A stretch of 64,000 bases of DNA from Nageia nagi. Its lineage: Eukaryota; Plantae; Pinophyta. The notes beneath the pieces were generated by a model. That model saw nothing but the letters and a program-made list of their open reading frames with translations, made no database searches and was not told the DNA's origin. The DNA is taken from assembly GCA_050084985.1 (NCBI GenBank), contig JBITNC010000001.1:170066001-170130000 (forward strand). The letters run 5' to 3'. Made by a program: the position numbers and the translations under genes. Below are positions 22,676 through 36,543 of this stretch, piece by piece; the stretch's first letter is position 1, and every line of letters begins with the position of its first letter.

Positions 22676-23405
22676 AAAATTTATAGCTAATTACCAGTAT
22701 AGTTTTGTTATCTCAAAATTTGTACCACTCTTAAATGAATGAAAAAAAGTATAGAAACTCCATGAACTCTATGATTTTTAATGTACTAGCTAAATATATT
22801 GACATGCATTGAATAAAAACTTTTAATTTTTTATAAGTTTGCATTCCACTCACAACAAATAGAGTTTAAAAGTAGAAGGCAAACTAGTGCTTATCCTTTC
22901 CATAACATGTATTGGGTACAGAGTCAAATATGAAAAATAGATCATTGAATATGAAAAATAATGACATATAGAGAAAAGTTATTGTGTGCTATTTCAATAA
23001 TGAATAAACATACAAGCAATAATGAACAATAAAATGGCTAAACACAAACACAATAATATACAAAGGAAAAGAGATATTCTTCTTTAATTAAAATATTTAA
23101 ATGAGATAGCAACAATAAGCTTGCATGGCTATAGTCTTGTGAATAAAATAACTATGTTTTCCAAATGATGTAACAATATGAAAAATAGTCTTCAACTTAG
23201 AACATCAACAAAAAGCAAAAAGCCTTAAGCTATGACTAAGCAACAATGATTGGGAATATCCATGAAGTTTGCTCCTATATCTTTCTTTTTATATGATTAA
23301 GAATATTTTAAAAACCAAGGAGAATTAAAGACTTACATTGGTATATAGAAGACCTAGAATAGATGAGAACACAAAATGCAGAAAAAAAACAAAGATAAGC
23401 ACTAG

Positions 23406-25673
23406 TGAAATGAGAGAGGAAAAATGAAGTTCCTCACATACAATGTAAAAGTCGAAAGAATATCATAAGAGCATAAAAAATTACTTGCAAATAATAAAAT
23501 GATGGATTGATTAAACATAAGATACACCTTGCTTAAATAGCAAGTGAAATGTACAATAGCCACATGATCAAAATAATATTGACCATCAATTTAAAATAAC
23601 TCAATAAGTATGATAAGAAAGCACACCTACTAGTGAACTTAAAATAATGCTAACCTAGATACATAACTAGGTAATGAAGAAAATAATACTCTAACACCCC
23701 CCCCTTAAATGAGACTAGGTAGGAGTGTAGATAGCTAAGAAAAGATAAGTCCCAACAACTAGGCATAATAAGATACTCATGTACAAAATTGGCTATCATA
23801 CACAAACATGAAAAACTCTCTTTTGTAGATGATGAAAAACCACATGGGAAAAAACCATCTCCAAAAGAGGAAAGAAAAAAAGAAAGGAAGCTAGAGAGGA
23901 AGGTGTCCTCATCAACACCTCTAAGGACAACTTCCTTCACCTCATCCAAGTAAGGTGATGAAAAGATGTTTGTAGTGATGCCTCCCAAAGTACAATTATC
24001 AACTAGGGAGAAGCACTAAAAAGGGTTAATGTGATATCCCCAAATAATGTAGATGCCTCATTTCCAAACTGAATGTCTCCTATAAGGAAGAAATAAGCTA
24101 GAAGGAATACATCAAAAATATTTTAAAATCAAGAAAATATTAGAAAGAGGGAACATCATCAAATCTGGTATTGGTGCGATGAAGTTGTGAACCATGTAGA
24201 AGAGAAGAATTCATCAACAAACTAGATAGTGATGGTGATGATACTACAAATAAAGGATCACCATATGATGAGTCAAAAGACTCAATGTACTACTGCATAA
24301 TAAAAAAAGTTATGGGAGTTGTAAGAGGAGGAGGCAAAGAAACCTCAAAATAGTCTTCAAGATCTCCTAAAGAGAGTCCAACTGAAGATGGAGGTGGAGG
24401 AGACTCAAAATAATTCTCACAAAATCCTGGTGTAAGATAAAGAGAGCAAGAGAAGGATTCAAGGGAATAATATTAGAATGAGGAGAAAATGGCTCATCCA
24501 AGCAAGTAGGGCTCACCACATTAATATCCTTAAAAGGTCCAACATGAGGAGATATATAAAATAAGGAGGTAAGCTCCTCATGAAGGTCAACAACATCAAC
24601 AATATGTGACTCTATAAAGAGAGAATCGACACCATCAATAAAGTCCTCCAAAGCCTCTGAAATAGAATTAGAAATATCTTGCATCACAATATCTTCTTCA
24701 ACATTTTCCTCATTCACTAAATCTTCATACATCAAGGAATCTTTATCATAAGGTGAGAGATCCTAAAAGTATGCATAAAGAAATGAGGAATATATATGAG
24801 GAGTCAGCTTGGAATAGTCAAAAGGTGGTAAAATGTCATGATAAACACTATCATTTATGTAGTAGAAGATAGAACACACATCACATATATTAGAATGTCA
24901 AAAAAGCCACTCAAATAATTGAAAAAAAGTGTTGGAATTGGATCAAGAAGATATGGCAAAAGCTCATGAGAGCGCAAGTACTCGATAAGGCTTTCACGCT
25001 AAGTAGGATAGGAAGCATGATCAACCAATGGAGTAATGGGATATGCTAAAGATTCCCATAGAAAAGCCATCAAACTATGAAAGTCACCAAAGAAATTCCT
25101 TAATGAATCCAAAGTGTCTCATAAAATGAGAAGATAGGCTAGAGAAAGAACCACAAACACAAGGATAGTCGAGCTCCAAGTGAATTCTCATGCATAAAAA
25201 AGTGTGGTCTCTACCTATAACAAACATGTGGGCCGATAACAAATAAACAAAATAGAAAATTGGGAATTTATAATTTTATTACATAACAATGTAGGATTGA
25301 TCATAAAAAGCTTCTAAAAGAATTTATCCCCCTACAAATGTAAGCATTGTCAAGATGTGAAACAAATTACACTCTTTAATGCTTAGAGTCAACTCCCCTC
25401 CAAAAAATAAATTTAAGAAAAAAATGAAGTTCCTCACCTAGGTTGCAAGAGTTGAAAGAATATCACAAGAGCATAAAAGATTACTCGCAAAGAATAAAAT
25501 GATAGATTGATTAAACATATGATACACCTTTCTTAAATAGCAAGTGAAATGTACAATATCCACATGATCAAAACAACATGATAAGTATGAAAACTAAGCA
25601 AACCTAGTAGTAAACTTAAGATAATGTTTACCGAGATACCTAACTAGGTAATAAAGCCAATAATACTCTAACA
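23406..25673 (-). mobile_element. Small non-autonomous LTR retroelement (~2.3 kb)
   Basis: Diverged direct repeats at 23406-23696 and ~25410-25673, both ending ATACTCTAACA. TSD ACTAG at 23401-23405 and 25674-25678. PPT (C8TT on the plus strand) at 23697-23706. No gag or pol motifs inside. Confidence 0.75.
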
Positions 25674-28600
25674 ACTAGTACCTTTAGAAAAAATTGGTCT
25701 CTCAAATGGGGGGATTCCTTCATCCTTTACTGGGATATTTGTAGAAGTGTTATTGAGAAAAACTAGTAGCCTCCATTGCCAATTTGTTTTAGTAACAACC
25801 TCCACTTGTAATGTTTTTTAGTAACAACCAACCTTTCGGACCAATTTATTGTTGATCTCCCTTTTGACCCGAGTAACTCTTGCTTTTTTAATCATTTATT
25901 TTCTTCCAAGCTTCATGATTTTCACTCTTCCAAGTGGTAATTTTTGAGTTGGCATTTGACCTATCATCCTTCTTTGATTAGGAATACTAGTTGGAGATGG
26001 GGAAGGAGTTGGAGTATCCTCATGGGTCTCACTAGAATAGAAAGGGATTTTAGGGGTAGTTATAAACTATCACCTATCATATTTCATGGTAGTTATCTGC
26101 CCATTGCCTATGACCTTGCCATTAAAATTCCCCTCTCTACAATGATAACTTAAAAATGCTAGTATATGTCACATGAAACTACCTTTTCATGTCATACAAC
26201 AACTGTTATAACCCCCCTAAACCTGGCTCATTTTTTAAACATGACAATTTGATCCATCACTTTATATGTATATGTGGTGTTTAAAAACCATTGCATAGTT
26301 ATCACATTTTTTAAAAAATAGGGCATAGCATGGAAGCATTCTTCCAAATGGAAGAATGCTTCCAAGCTACACCATCCTTGGTTACCCGAGGTACTTGAGC
26401 TTGATCATAGTGAGACCAATTATGATGCTAGCCTTGGACTCCCAAAATATGTCCCAATGGAATTGACCAGTCACCATTAATATATTATATCTAAGTGTGT
26501 GTAATACTTTGCAACTATTCAACCCAAAAATTTAAAAGCTATGTTGTGTTACCTCCACACTAAGTACAATAAGATATCTTTCCCCTAGGATAACCTATTC
26601 AAAACATCATGAACTAGAAGCTATCAATAGATGTATCACCATTATGTTACCACACAACCAACCTAGATGATTCAAACATATGATATGAAATGGTCCAAGT
26701 ACACCATATGATAGGAAATTGTGGAATTTTAAGTATATGCATGATTCAAGGCCTGAGAATTACTTGACATAATGTATGATGCAAACATAGTTTCATTGTA
26801 TGTAATAATTGTAAGATACAAACACATGATGAAAGGCACGGGAATTGTTTGATAAGATTCATGATTCAAACATATTTTTTTGGAGAAGATCAATAAGATT
26901 CAAATATGCTCTACAATTATGGTCAAATGATCAAGAATGCCATAATTATGATCAAGTATGATTGCTCAAATTATTCAAATATGCTCTATAGTATTGCTAC
27001 CACAATATTTTGATTAGAAAACACCAAGTATACACATCCACACACCCAAGTAGCACTTTTTAAAATAAATGAAATGGAACATAAAACCTGATAGACATGA
27101 ATGCAAAATATGGATGATACATGATGTAGACACAATCTCATGGATTGCAATGGTTGGAGGAAATGTAATTCATAGCTATAACAAGGATGCCTTTAAACTC
27201 TGAAATACTTGGGAGCCACATATTTTTTTATGTTTGGCTATGTATTACAAGCATATTTTTTCTAACTTAGGTGGGCACTTAGAATGTTTTCATCATTTCT
27301 AATTTTTGGATCATATGTTGCATTTAAATAATTTCATATCACATGTTAAACAATTTCTTTCCTTCTCAAAGCTATTTTTTGGATCATATGATGTATTTAA
27401 ATCATTTCATATTACATGTTGAACAATTGCTTACCTTCTCTAAGAATTTTTTTGGATCATATGTATTTAAATCATTTCATATCAATCATATAGTGAAAAC
27501 CAAAAAAATAAATAAATAAAAGGTGCACACAGGGAGCTTAGGTGGGCACTTGGAATGTTTTTGTCATTTTGAGTTGTTTAAGCTGAGGGGTTGAATAGAA
27601 GAGAGGCATTTGGTGTATTTAAATAATTTAATATCACATCATATGGTTTATTTAAATCATTCCATATTACATGTCAAATTTATTTGTAAAAAAGTTTTGA
27701 TACAGGAAATGCAATGAAGAAGCCCACAACATATTCCATTATTTTTATCTGAGACATCCACACATCCAATTCAAGGTTTATGATATTTTAGAACTTAGGG
27801 GAAATTGGTGCTTTGAATTTTTCTACATTCGTTTAGAAATCCCATGAATCCTACAATCATTACAGACCATGAAACTATGTTTGCATCATGCATCTTGTGC
27901 TTGTGACTATCCTGATAGGCATTTATGCAAAATATAAAATAATACACAAATCTCGATAATTATTTCATGTCTCTATGGGCCTTTAATTTTTAGAATATAT
28001 ATTTTGTATGTATCGTGCAATAATTGCATAAGGTGAAGTTCAAATCTCCCTCAAGATAGTCTATACAACTAAGAAGATCAACAATGCATGTATAATGATC
28101 AATCCCACAATTGCAAGATATTCATAAAATGAAGCCTATAGAGACTTTTAAGCAGATACAATTGTTAGGTGTAAAATTAGCTTGGAGAAGGAAAGCAAAT
28201 GCCTAAGTTCCTAGATAATATCATGGAATGCAATGATTGGAGGATATGCAATTCATAACTAAAACAAATATTCACTTAAACTCTTCAATATGATGATTGA
28301 TTATTATCATATTACACCCATAATAAAATAATATACTTTAAGAATGTATCACAACCAATATAAAAGTGGTAAGTTGGCAAAAACATGCTTGGAATACTTA
28401 GCAACTATTCAACCTAGAAATTTAAATGCTATGTTGCTTACCTCCACAATAAGCACAACAAGAAATTTAAATGCTATGTTGCTTATCTAAGTAAAATATA
28501 TGATATGAATGGAACCTAGTGCACTATATCTAATGTTCAAAACTTCCTCAAGATAGCATACATGGACAAGAAAGTCAATAATGCATGTATAATGATTCAT

Positions 28601-28731
28601 CGAGCACTTGGAAAGTTACCGAGCATTTCAAACTATGACAAATAAATTATGACAAATGACATACTTGATGCTCTCTTTGCACTTGCAATTTATAAACAAC
28701 AATGACATGATTATAAGCATTGACTTGTGAA

Positions 28732-28867
28732 AAACCACTATGATAAGTATGATATTGATATAGAAAGAATTATTAATTGATGCTATCTATTAGCAATTCA
28801 AACCACTATGATACGTATGATATTGATATAGAAAGAATTATTAATTGATGCTATCTATTAGCAATTC
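28732..28867. repeat. 68-bp tandem duplication (1 mismatch)
   Basis: AAACCACTATGATA(A/C)GTATGATATTG...TAGCAATTC present twice. Confidence 0.9.
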
Positions 28868-31429
28868 TATCTACGTTATCGTATATGATATGCTATGTTG
28901 CTTACCTCCATAATAAGCACAACAAGATATAAAGGTTGGATGTATTTCCTCCTGGATAACATGTACAATTATGATCATGAATTAGAAAAGCTAGTGCTAG
29001 CTACATTTACAAGCTCTCAAAAGATATATCACTGTTATGCTTCAACATTGTTTATAATGTTACCACACAACCAACCTGGATGCTTAAAACTATTGAGATT
29101 GCAATATGACAAGGCAATTACAATTGGATCATAACAATATGAAATTATTTTACCCTATAGAAAAATGCATAGATGAATTAACATACTTTATGCCATGTAT
29201 TCTCTAGTCTCACCACATCTCCTCATGTCTATTTTTGCCTCATCTCTCTAGTCTCACCAATACACCATATGCCCCTCCTCCAATAATGATCACAAGATAT
29301 GCACAAAAAAGATATGAAACTGTGTCAAGTGCACCATATGTATGATATGGAATGATATAAGTATACCATAAGACATGCAACTATGTTAAGTGCACTATAT
29401 GTATGGTATGAAATAATCTAAATGCACTTCTCTCCTCCAACCCCTCAGCTCAAAAAACTCAAAATGATGAAACCATTTCAAGCTCCCAAAAATAATGAAA
29501 TATGTTGTGGGTTACTTCATTGCTTAAATGTAATACTTAGCCAAATACAAATGATTTAAATGATCCAAAAGTGGCAAGTTGGAAAAAATATGTTTGTAAT
29601 ACTTAACCAAACATAGAAAAAACATGTGGTTCCCAAGTGGATGTTGTGTTGTATATACAAAATGATGAGATGAAAATAATGGAACATGTTGTGGGTTCCT
29701 TCATTACCTAACCTATAACCTTTATACAAATAAATTATGACATATGATATGAAATTGTGTCTACATCATACATATTCCACATTGCAATCCATGAAACTAT
29801 GTTTGCATCATGCATCTTACATATTTTGGATACATATCTCTTAGGGTTTATGTTCCATTTCAATTTTTTAGAAAGTGCTTCTTAGGTGTGTATGTGTCTA
29901 CTTGGTACTTCTAAATTGAATGAATATGTGGTAGCAATATTGTAGATCATATTTGACTCATTTGAGTAATAATTAGAACAATAGAGCATATTTGAATAAT
30001 TTCATATCATATGATACAATAGCATCATTTCATACCAATATGATGTAATTAGATCATTTCATATCACATGTTGGTGCATTTGGATATTTGGTGTACTTGA
30101 TCATGAACATGCCTTTATCTTTCATCATTTGCATTATATATATATAACCATGATTGGTCAATTCCATTGGACCATCCTTCAGGAGCCCAAGGCCAACATC
30201 ATAATTGGGTTCACTATGATTGAGATCAAGTGCCAAAATACCCATAAACCTTGATTTAGGTATGTTTATGTGTCTACATAGTACTTTGTAAATTGAATGT
30301 TGTGGTTTTAAATGCCTGGATAGACATGTATGAAAAGTATGAAATAATACTTAAATCCCATAAACATGTATGCAAAATGGGAGCTCTAGAAGAAGGTATG
30401 GACATCCGTCAAAGAGTAGTTGAAAATGGTTTTACCTTGAATATTGTGGTTCTAACTACCCTGATAGACATGTATGCGAAATGTGAAATAATATACAAGG
30501 CCCAAGAATTATTTCACAAGATGCATGATGTGATATGAAATGATTTAAATACGATACCATTTGATCCAAAAATTGACTTGGAGAAGGAAAGCAACTGTTC
30601 AATCCAGAAATTTTCCAAGTATCAAAAACCAATCCAAAAGTGATAAGTTGGTAAAAAACATAATGCCCTAGAATTGTTTAACAAGATTCATGATGCAAGT
30701 ACAATGTCAATATCTTTCAAGGTCTTACAGGCTATATTTTTTACTTTACTAAGAATCTTTTTTTATGAAAAACAAAAAAGGTTTTTAGGAAAGAATAAAA
30801 CTAGCATGAGAAACCTTTATATGTCTTCTACTTGCATATATAAACATGTGTATGTATTCTACTTACATGCAACCATGTAGGTCTAGTGGATGAGGGCTAA
30901 AAACACTTTAATAACATGAGTGAATCTTATTGTATTATTCCTGGGATGTATCATTCTTATAGCATGTGCCACCATGGGAGTTCTAGAAGAAGGTATGAAC
31001 ATCCATTAAAGAGTAGCTAAAAATGGATTTCCATTGAATGTTGTGGGTGTGAATGCATTGATAGGCATGCACACAAAATGTGGAAGAATACATAAGGCCC
31101 GATAATTATTTCACAAGATGCATGATGCATACACAATTTCATGAGGGAGAGACATCCAACCTTTATATCTTATTGTGCTTATGGTGGAGGTAAGACAACA
31201 TAGCATTTAACTTTCTAAATTGAATAATTATTAAGTATTATAATCTTATTTTTCCAAATTACCACTTTTGGATTAGTTTTTAACACTTTCTTAAAGTATA
31301 GTGTTTCATCATGTAGCCAGTTTTACACTTGACAATTGCATCTACTTGAAGTCTCTACAAGTCTTTTCATTTTTTTTCATATCCTAAAATCATAGGATTA
31401 ATCATTATATATGCATTTTTGACCTTCTT

Positions 31430-31870
31430 GGCTATACAAGCTATCTTAAGGGAGCTTTGAACTTCATTGCCAAAATACCCATAAACCCTAAATTAGGTGT
31501 ATGCATATGTCTACTTATTGCTTGTAAATTGAATGTTATGGTCCATTTAGGCTATCTTGAGGGAGCTATGAACTTCACTACAAAATACCCATAAACCCTA
31601 AATTAGGTATGTGCATGTGTCTACTTGGTGCTTGAAAATTGAATGTTGTGATTCAAGAAGGCTATCTTAAGGAAGCTTTTAACTTCATTGCCAAAATACC
31701 AATAAACCTTGAACTGGGTGTGTAGATGTATCTACTTGGTGCTCATAAATTGAATGTTGTGGTTTGTGTAGGTTATGAGAGCTTTGAACTTCATTTCCAA
31801 AATACCCATAAACCTTGAATTGGATGTGTGAATGCATCAACTTGGTGCTTGTACATCGAATATTATGGGT
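31430..31870. repeat. ~111-bp tandem repeat, 4 copies
   Basis: GAGCTTTGAACTTCATTGCCAAAATACCCATAAACC...TCTACTTGGTGCTTGTAAATTGAATGTTGTGG repeated. The same module precedes the PPR fragment at 30230-30305. Confidence 0.85.
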
Positions 31871-32549
31871 TTGTTTAACAACATGCATAACTCAAAAAAA
31901 GTTTCATAGTCTACAATGATTATGTGATACACAAAATGGGTTTTCTAAAAAAGGCCCATAGACACATGAAACATATGGAAGAATAAAACAAGATCCAAGA
32001 TTTATTTGAAACGATGCATGAAGAAAACATAGTTTCACAATCTACAATGATTACATGATACATGAAATGGTTTTTTTGAAAAAACCCATAGACACATGAA
32101 ACATGTGGAAAAATACACGATACTTAGGATAAGTTTGTTAAAATGCATGACACAATAGTTTCATGGTTTGTAATATTTACCAAATTCATAGGTTTTCTAT
32201 AAGAATGCAAAAAAATACAAAGCACAAACATACATGCAGAATGTAGAAGAATACTTCAAGTCTATAAGTTCATGAATTGAAATACTTATTTGCACCTCTT
32301 AAGTAAACATATTTCCCATCATCTGGTCTCACTAGGTCTCCTCTCATATAATCTCACTAATTCTCCTCTAATCTAGTCTCACCACATCTTCTCTCATCTA
32401 GTCTCCTCTCTCATCTTGCCAATACACAAAATGTCCCTCTCCTCCTAACCCCTTAGCTCGAAATATCTTAAATATTGAAAACACTCCCTTATGCATCCTT
32501 TTCTTATTTCATGAAGAGGTGATCTTTAGCCACCTCATATCATTCTTTT

Positions 32550-32670
32550 GGGGCGAGTAAATTTTGCCCCTCAAAAATTGCCACTAAAACAAAATATTAG
32601 GTCGGTTAAAAATTATCATAAGAAAATTGCCTCAAATTGCCCATCCCCAAAACCCATTTTTGGTCTAGTG
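32550..32670. mobile_element. Probable CACTA terminus with subterminal repeats
   Basis: CCCATTTTTGGTCTAGTG ending at 32670, preceded by repeated AAATTGCC motifs. Confidence 0.5.
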
Positions 32671-32679
32671 TTTTATTCC

Positions 32680-35090
32680 CCCTCTTAGGATCTAAAGTTT
32701 GCCCTTCCTCTCTTTATGTAACTAATTTGACAGGGGCATCTTTTAGCTTCCTTACTCTTTTAGTAAGGGAAAATTGACTATTTCATCTTGAGGTCTTACC
32801 CTCTTTTTACCTTTCTTATCTTCTTCTAGCAATAAAGTCAATTTTAGCTTAATGTTCTCCCAAGCTGTTATATCAATATCCATTTCACCAATCATATCCA
32901 TTTTTTTGAACTTCACTTTTCATTTATGGTCATTCATTCATAATTATTTTACTCAGGTACAATATCCTAGTTGTTAGTTTATTAATTCTACCAATCTAAT
33001 ATGCCAACCACTTCATATCCCCTAACTCATTCTCCATTTCCATAATTAAATCAATAAGTAATTTCTTTAAATTTAAAATATTCATAATATGCTCCACCTT
33101 AAACCCTATTTTATTGATGTTTTTAGTGACAATGTCAATCTGCCTTAGTATTTTATTAATCCATGTTTCCAAAGCACCTTACTTTTGTGAAAACTATTCA
33201 TACATGTTGACAATCTCCTTAATAGTGGTTATTATGCCATAAAATTTATGTACAGGTGAATCTCTTATTTCAAAATAATGTTGAAAAACTTGCATATAGG
33301 ATCTTCTAAATGCTCTGCATTTCTCTTTTTGTTATTTGAATCTATTTTATGAATTTTTCATATAATATACAATTCCTACAAAATTTGCAAAGAAATATGA
33401 CAAATTAGGCAATTTACACTCAACTCTCTTTAATGCCATATCCTTAGCACATGTTAGGGCTTCTTGGCATAGAGGTAGCCAAATTCTCAATAATTAACCT
33501 CATTTTGGCTTGCCTTACATTTCCTTTTAGCTCAAATGGCTCTGTTTGAAGTTGAGCATTCATTATAGGGGGTGCTACTTGCACTCCTATTTCTTCATTA
33601 TTAATTTCCCTAATTTGAACACTAGTGCTTTCCTACAATTGCATACTAGTGCCCCATCTTCCTTCATTCTTTTCTTTAAGTAGTGCCTCATATCATTCAT
33701 TTAGCTTATCATATTACATTTTGTTAAACTATTCTCCTATGATCCTCAAACTATAAGTGGTGATACCTTTTACATGCAATATAGGTGCTTCAGTACGAGG
33801 ATCATTAAAAATTGTTGTGCAATAGGAATAGGGATCTATATATCCATTATAGGAGCAATAGTAGGACCTTTAGTGATATGTAATTCCATTGGATCATTTC
33901 CACTTTTGATTGCTCCTACTTCTCCATCATCAATTTGAAAAATAGAAATACTAATGGTTGTATTACCTTCCTTAGTTCTTCCTTTTGTAATCTTGACTTT
34001 TTGATGCAATGGAGAATTGCCCTCTTTAGGATAAAAAATTATTATAATACTATATATTCTTGCTTCTTTCTAGAATTTTCTTGATAAGTGTTAAGGATCT
34101 TCCTCTCTCCTCCAATAGTAATAGCATAAGAGATTGTTGACTCATTTGCATTCTTGGCTAGAGTTACATTAGCCTCAACTTGTTTTTCCTTTCCTTTGGT
34201 CTACTTCTCAGTTGGCTTCTTACTGGTAGGGGGTTGCAAAGCTAAAGGTAGTTGAGTTATTCTCATTATATGTTATTTTGGAGGAGGAAGAGCTTTAGGT
34301 GCAATCATATTAGCTTTTTGAGACTGAGAAGGTGATTTTTAGGTGTAATCATATTAGCTTTTTGAGACTAAGAAGGTGATTTTTTTATAACTAATATATT
34401 TATTAATGCTTCCAAAATAATATCTAATACTAGAGTTATTTCCAAATAGCTTTCATAGTTTTCTCTTCTCTCTTCAAACTCAAGTTGAACCTAATGTTCC
34501 TTCAACATTTGATATAATAGATCTTGGACCATATCTGGCAAGAGTGGTTCAAACAATGAAGGATATGTATTTACTATTTCTTCTCTCAACATCTTCAACT
34601 CATTACTATAATCTCCTAGAAATTATAAATTGGAATATTCTCTTCTCAATTCAACAAAAGTAGCCCAAACCTCTTTAATTTCATGCATTCAAGCTCCCCT
34701 CTTAATCCTTATATTGATTTCATCTTCAAACAAAACCTATCTATGTATAAGAACAGGTCATTTATCAACACTTTGAATATATTCTTTATGATACTCATAA
34801 GGATCAAATGACCTCCAAGTAATTTCATCAAAGCAATAATCATCCATCTTCTCAATGTTGGTCAACATGGATTGATAGTTGTTGTAATAATAATAACCAA
34901 TTATGCAAGGTGGTTTGAGAAATGGGACCCTACCTTTCTTTTTCACTAATTTTACCTTAGCATCCTCTACCATTTGTCTCAAAAGATCCAAATAGATAAA
35001 TGAGAATGGGGCATATTTTAGTAATACCTTTAGGGGCAATTTTGAACCATATACCCTTACATATGAATACTCTTCCAATATAAAAATTTG
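32680..35090 (-). mobile_element. Degraded retroelement accessory ORF with a coiled-coil C-terminus
   Basis: YSYVRVYGSKLPLKVLLKY...WRSFDPY fragment, continuing into low-complexity and coiled-coil sequence. Ends near a purine tract (AAGAGGGGGA on the minus strand, ~32677-32686). Confidence 0.45.
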
Positions 35091-35503
35091 ACTTATTAGG
35101 TTAGTAGAAATTTGACATAGATTAGATTTACTAGGTTACTAAAAATTTGATGTAGGTTAGTAAAAAATACAATTTTTTTTAATATACACAAATAACATTA
35201 AATATTTGATTCGTAATAGTTTCTTTGCTATTAATTAATTATGATTTTATATTTATGAAATGATTTTTAATTTATGATTATTTACTAACATTTATTTAAT
35301 TATCATTTGCAAGATTCTTCCAGAGTACATGATGATCATGGGTTTGTAATGGATACAATTCAATCGAAGGAAGAACGCCATGACATAGAGCATGATGATA
35401 GTGATCGATATATAGTAGGGGATAGTGATGAGGGTAGTGAGGGTTTCTAGATTAGATGATCGTATCGATGATAATGATTAGTGTACATATTCATTACAAA
35501 TAT

Positions 35504-35506
<3 letters not shown>

Positions 35507-35548
<42 letters not shown>
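35507..35548. repeat. Compound microsatellite (CA)15(TA)6
   Basis: Read directly from the sequence. Confidence 0.95.
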
Positions 35549-35549
<1 letters not shown>

Positions 35550-36543
35550 TCATCTACATAAATTTGATATTTACAATGTTTATGTTTTTAATGTATTTAC
35601 AAATTAAGTCGAGTTTCAAATTTTTGCTTTCATTAAATTTAATAATATTTAATTTATTTAATTTAATTAAATATAATCAATAAAATTCACTATAATGAAC
35701 TAACTAATTTAAAAATTCATTCAATTAAATTAAAAATTTTAGTATAAAAAATTCAAAAATATTATTTAAAAAATGCAAAAATTCAAAATATTTTTTTTGA
35801 ATATTTTTTTTTTAAAATTAAAATTTCCTAACATTAATCTCGACATTATACCCAACATTATTCCTGATGGAACACACAAAATGAAAGCTTTTTTGGTATA
35901 TTTCCTGACGATATATATAATAGAAACAATGATGGTAATACCAAGTTTGTTGATGTAAATCTTGATGGTAATGATGACATCCTTGATGATATAAATGTCA
36001 AAAATTATGATGGTATTACTAATTGGTGATGAAAATCCTGAAAGTAATGATGACATGTTTTGACAAAATACCTGATGGAAATACAATCGATGCTTCTGAA
36101 GGACATGTTAATGCCATCCATATTGTTAGGGGTTTTTAATTTTTAATTTTTAAATACATTGGGGCTAACGTTATGCTTGACACTTGACCCTTATTTTCTT
36201 ATAGTGATTATAGGAATAATGCAATAAGAGTCACTCATGCTAGTAAAGTATTTAAAACCCTCATCCAATAAAACCTACATGGTTACATGTAATTAGAACA
36301 CATACAAAATTTATATTGTTAGGCTTGGTTCCCAAGTGCTTCATCAAATCAAAGAGTTTAATATTGTAAATACCTACATTACTACATGGAGATAATACAC
36401 TCCTTTAATGTTGTATTTATAATGACCCTATAAGGACACATTTTTATGTATAAAAAAAATTACTTATCTTGGCATGGATCAAAGTTAAATTTCAACATAT
36501 ATATGATGTGGCCAAGTATAAGGAGATTTTTTTATCAAACATC

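Larger units (their letters stand above)
26380..32500. pseudogene. Scrambled array of PLS-class PPR gene fragments and associated repeat modules, in both orientations
   Basis: KARELFDKIHD (26835); HDVDTISWIAMVGG..HSYNKDAFKL (27120); SWNAMIGGYAIH (28222); MGALEEGMDIRQRVVENGF..NIVVLTTLIDMYAKC...AQELFHKMHD (30378); GLVDEG..HFNNMSESYCIIP (30880); ACATMGVLEEGM...KCGRIHKAR (30962). Minus-strand fragments at ~27820-27960 and ~29755-29830. Confidence 0.8.

Noticed and set aside
30293-30538. Functional PPR gene
   Set aside because: Only about one and a half motifs, flanked by stops and non-coding repeat modules.
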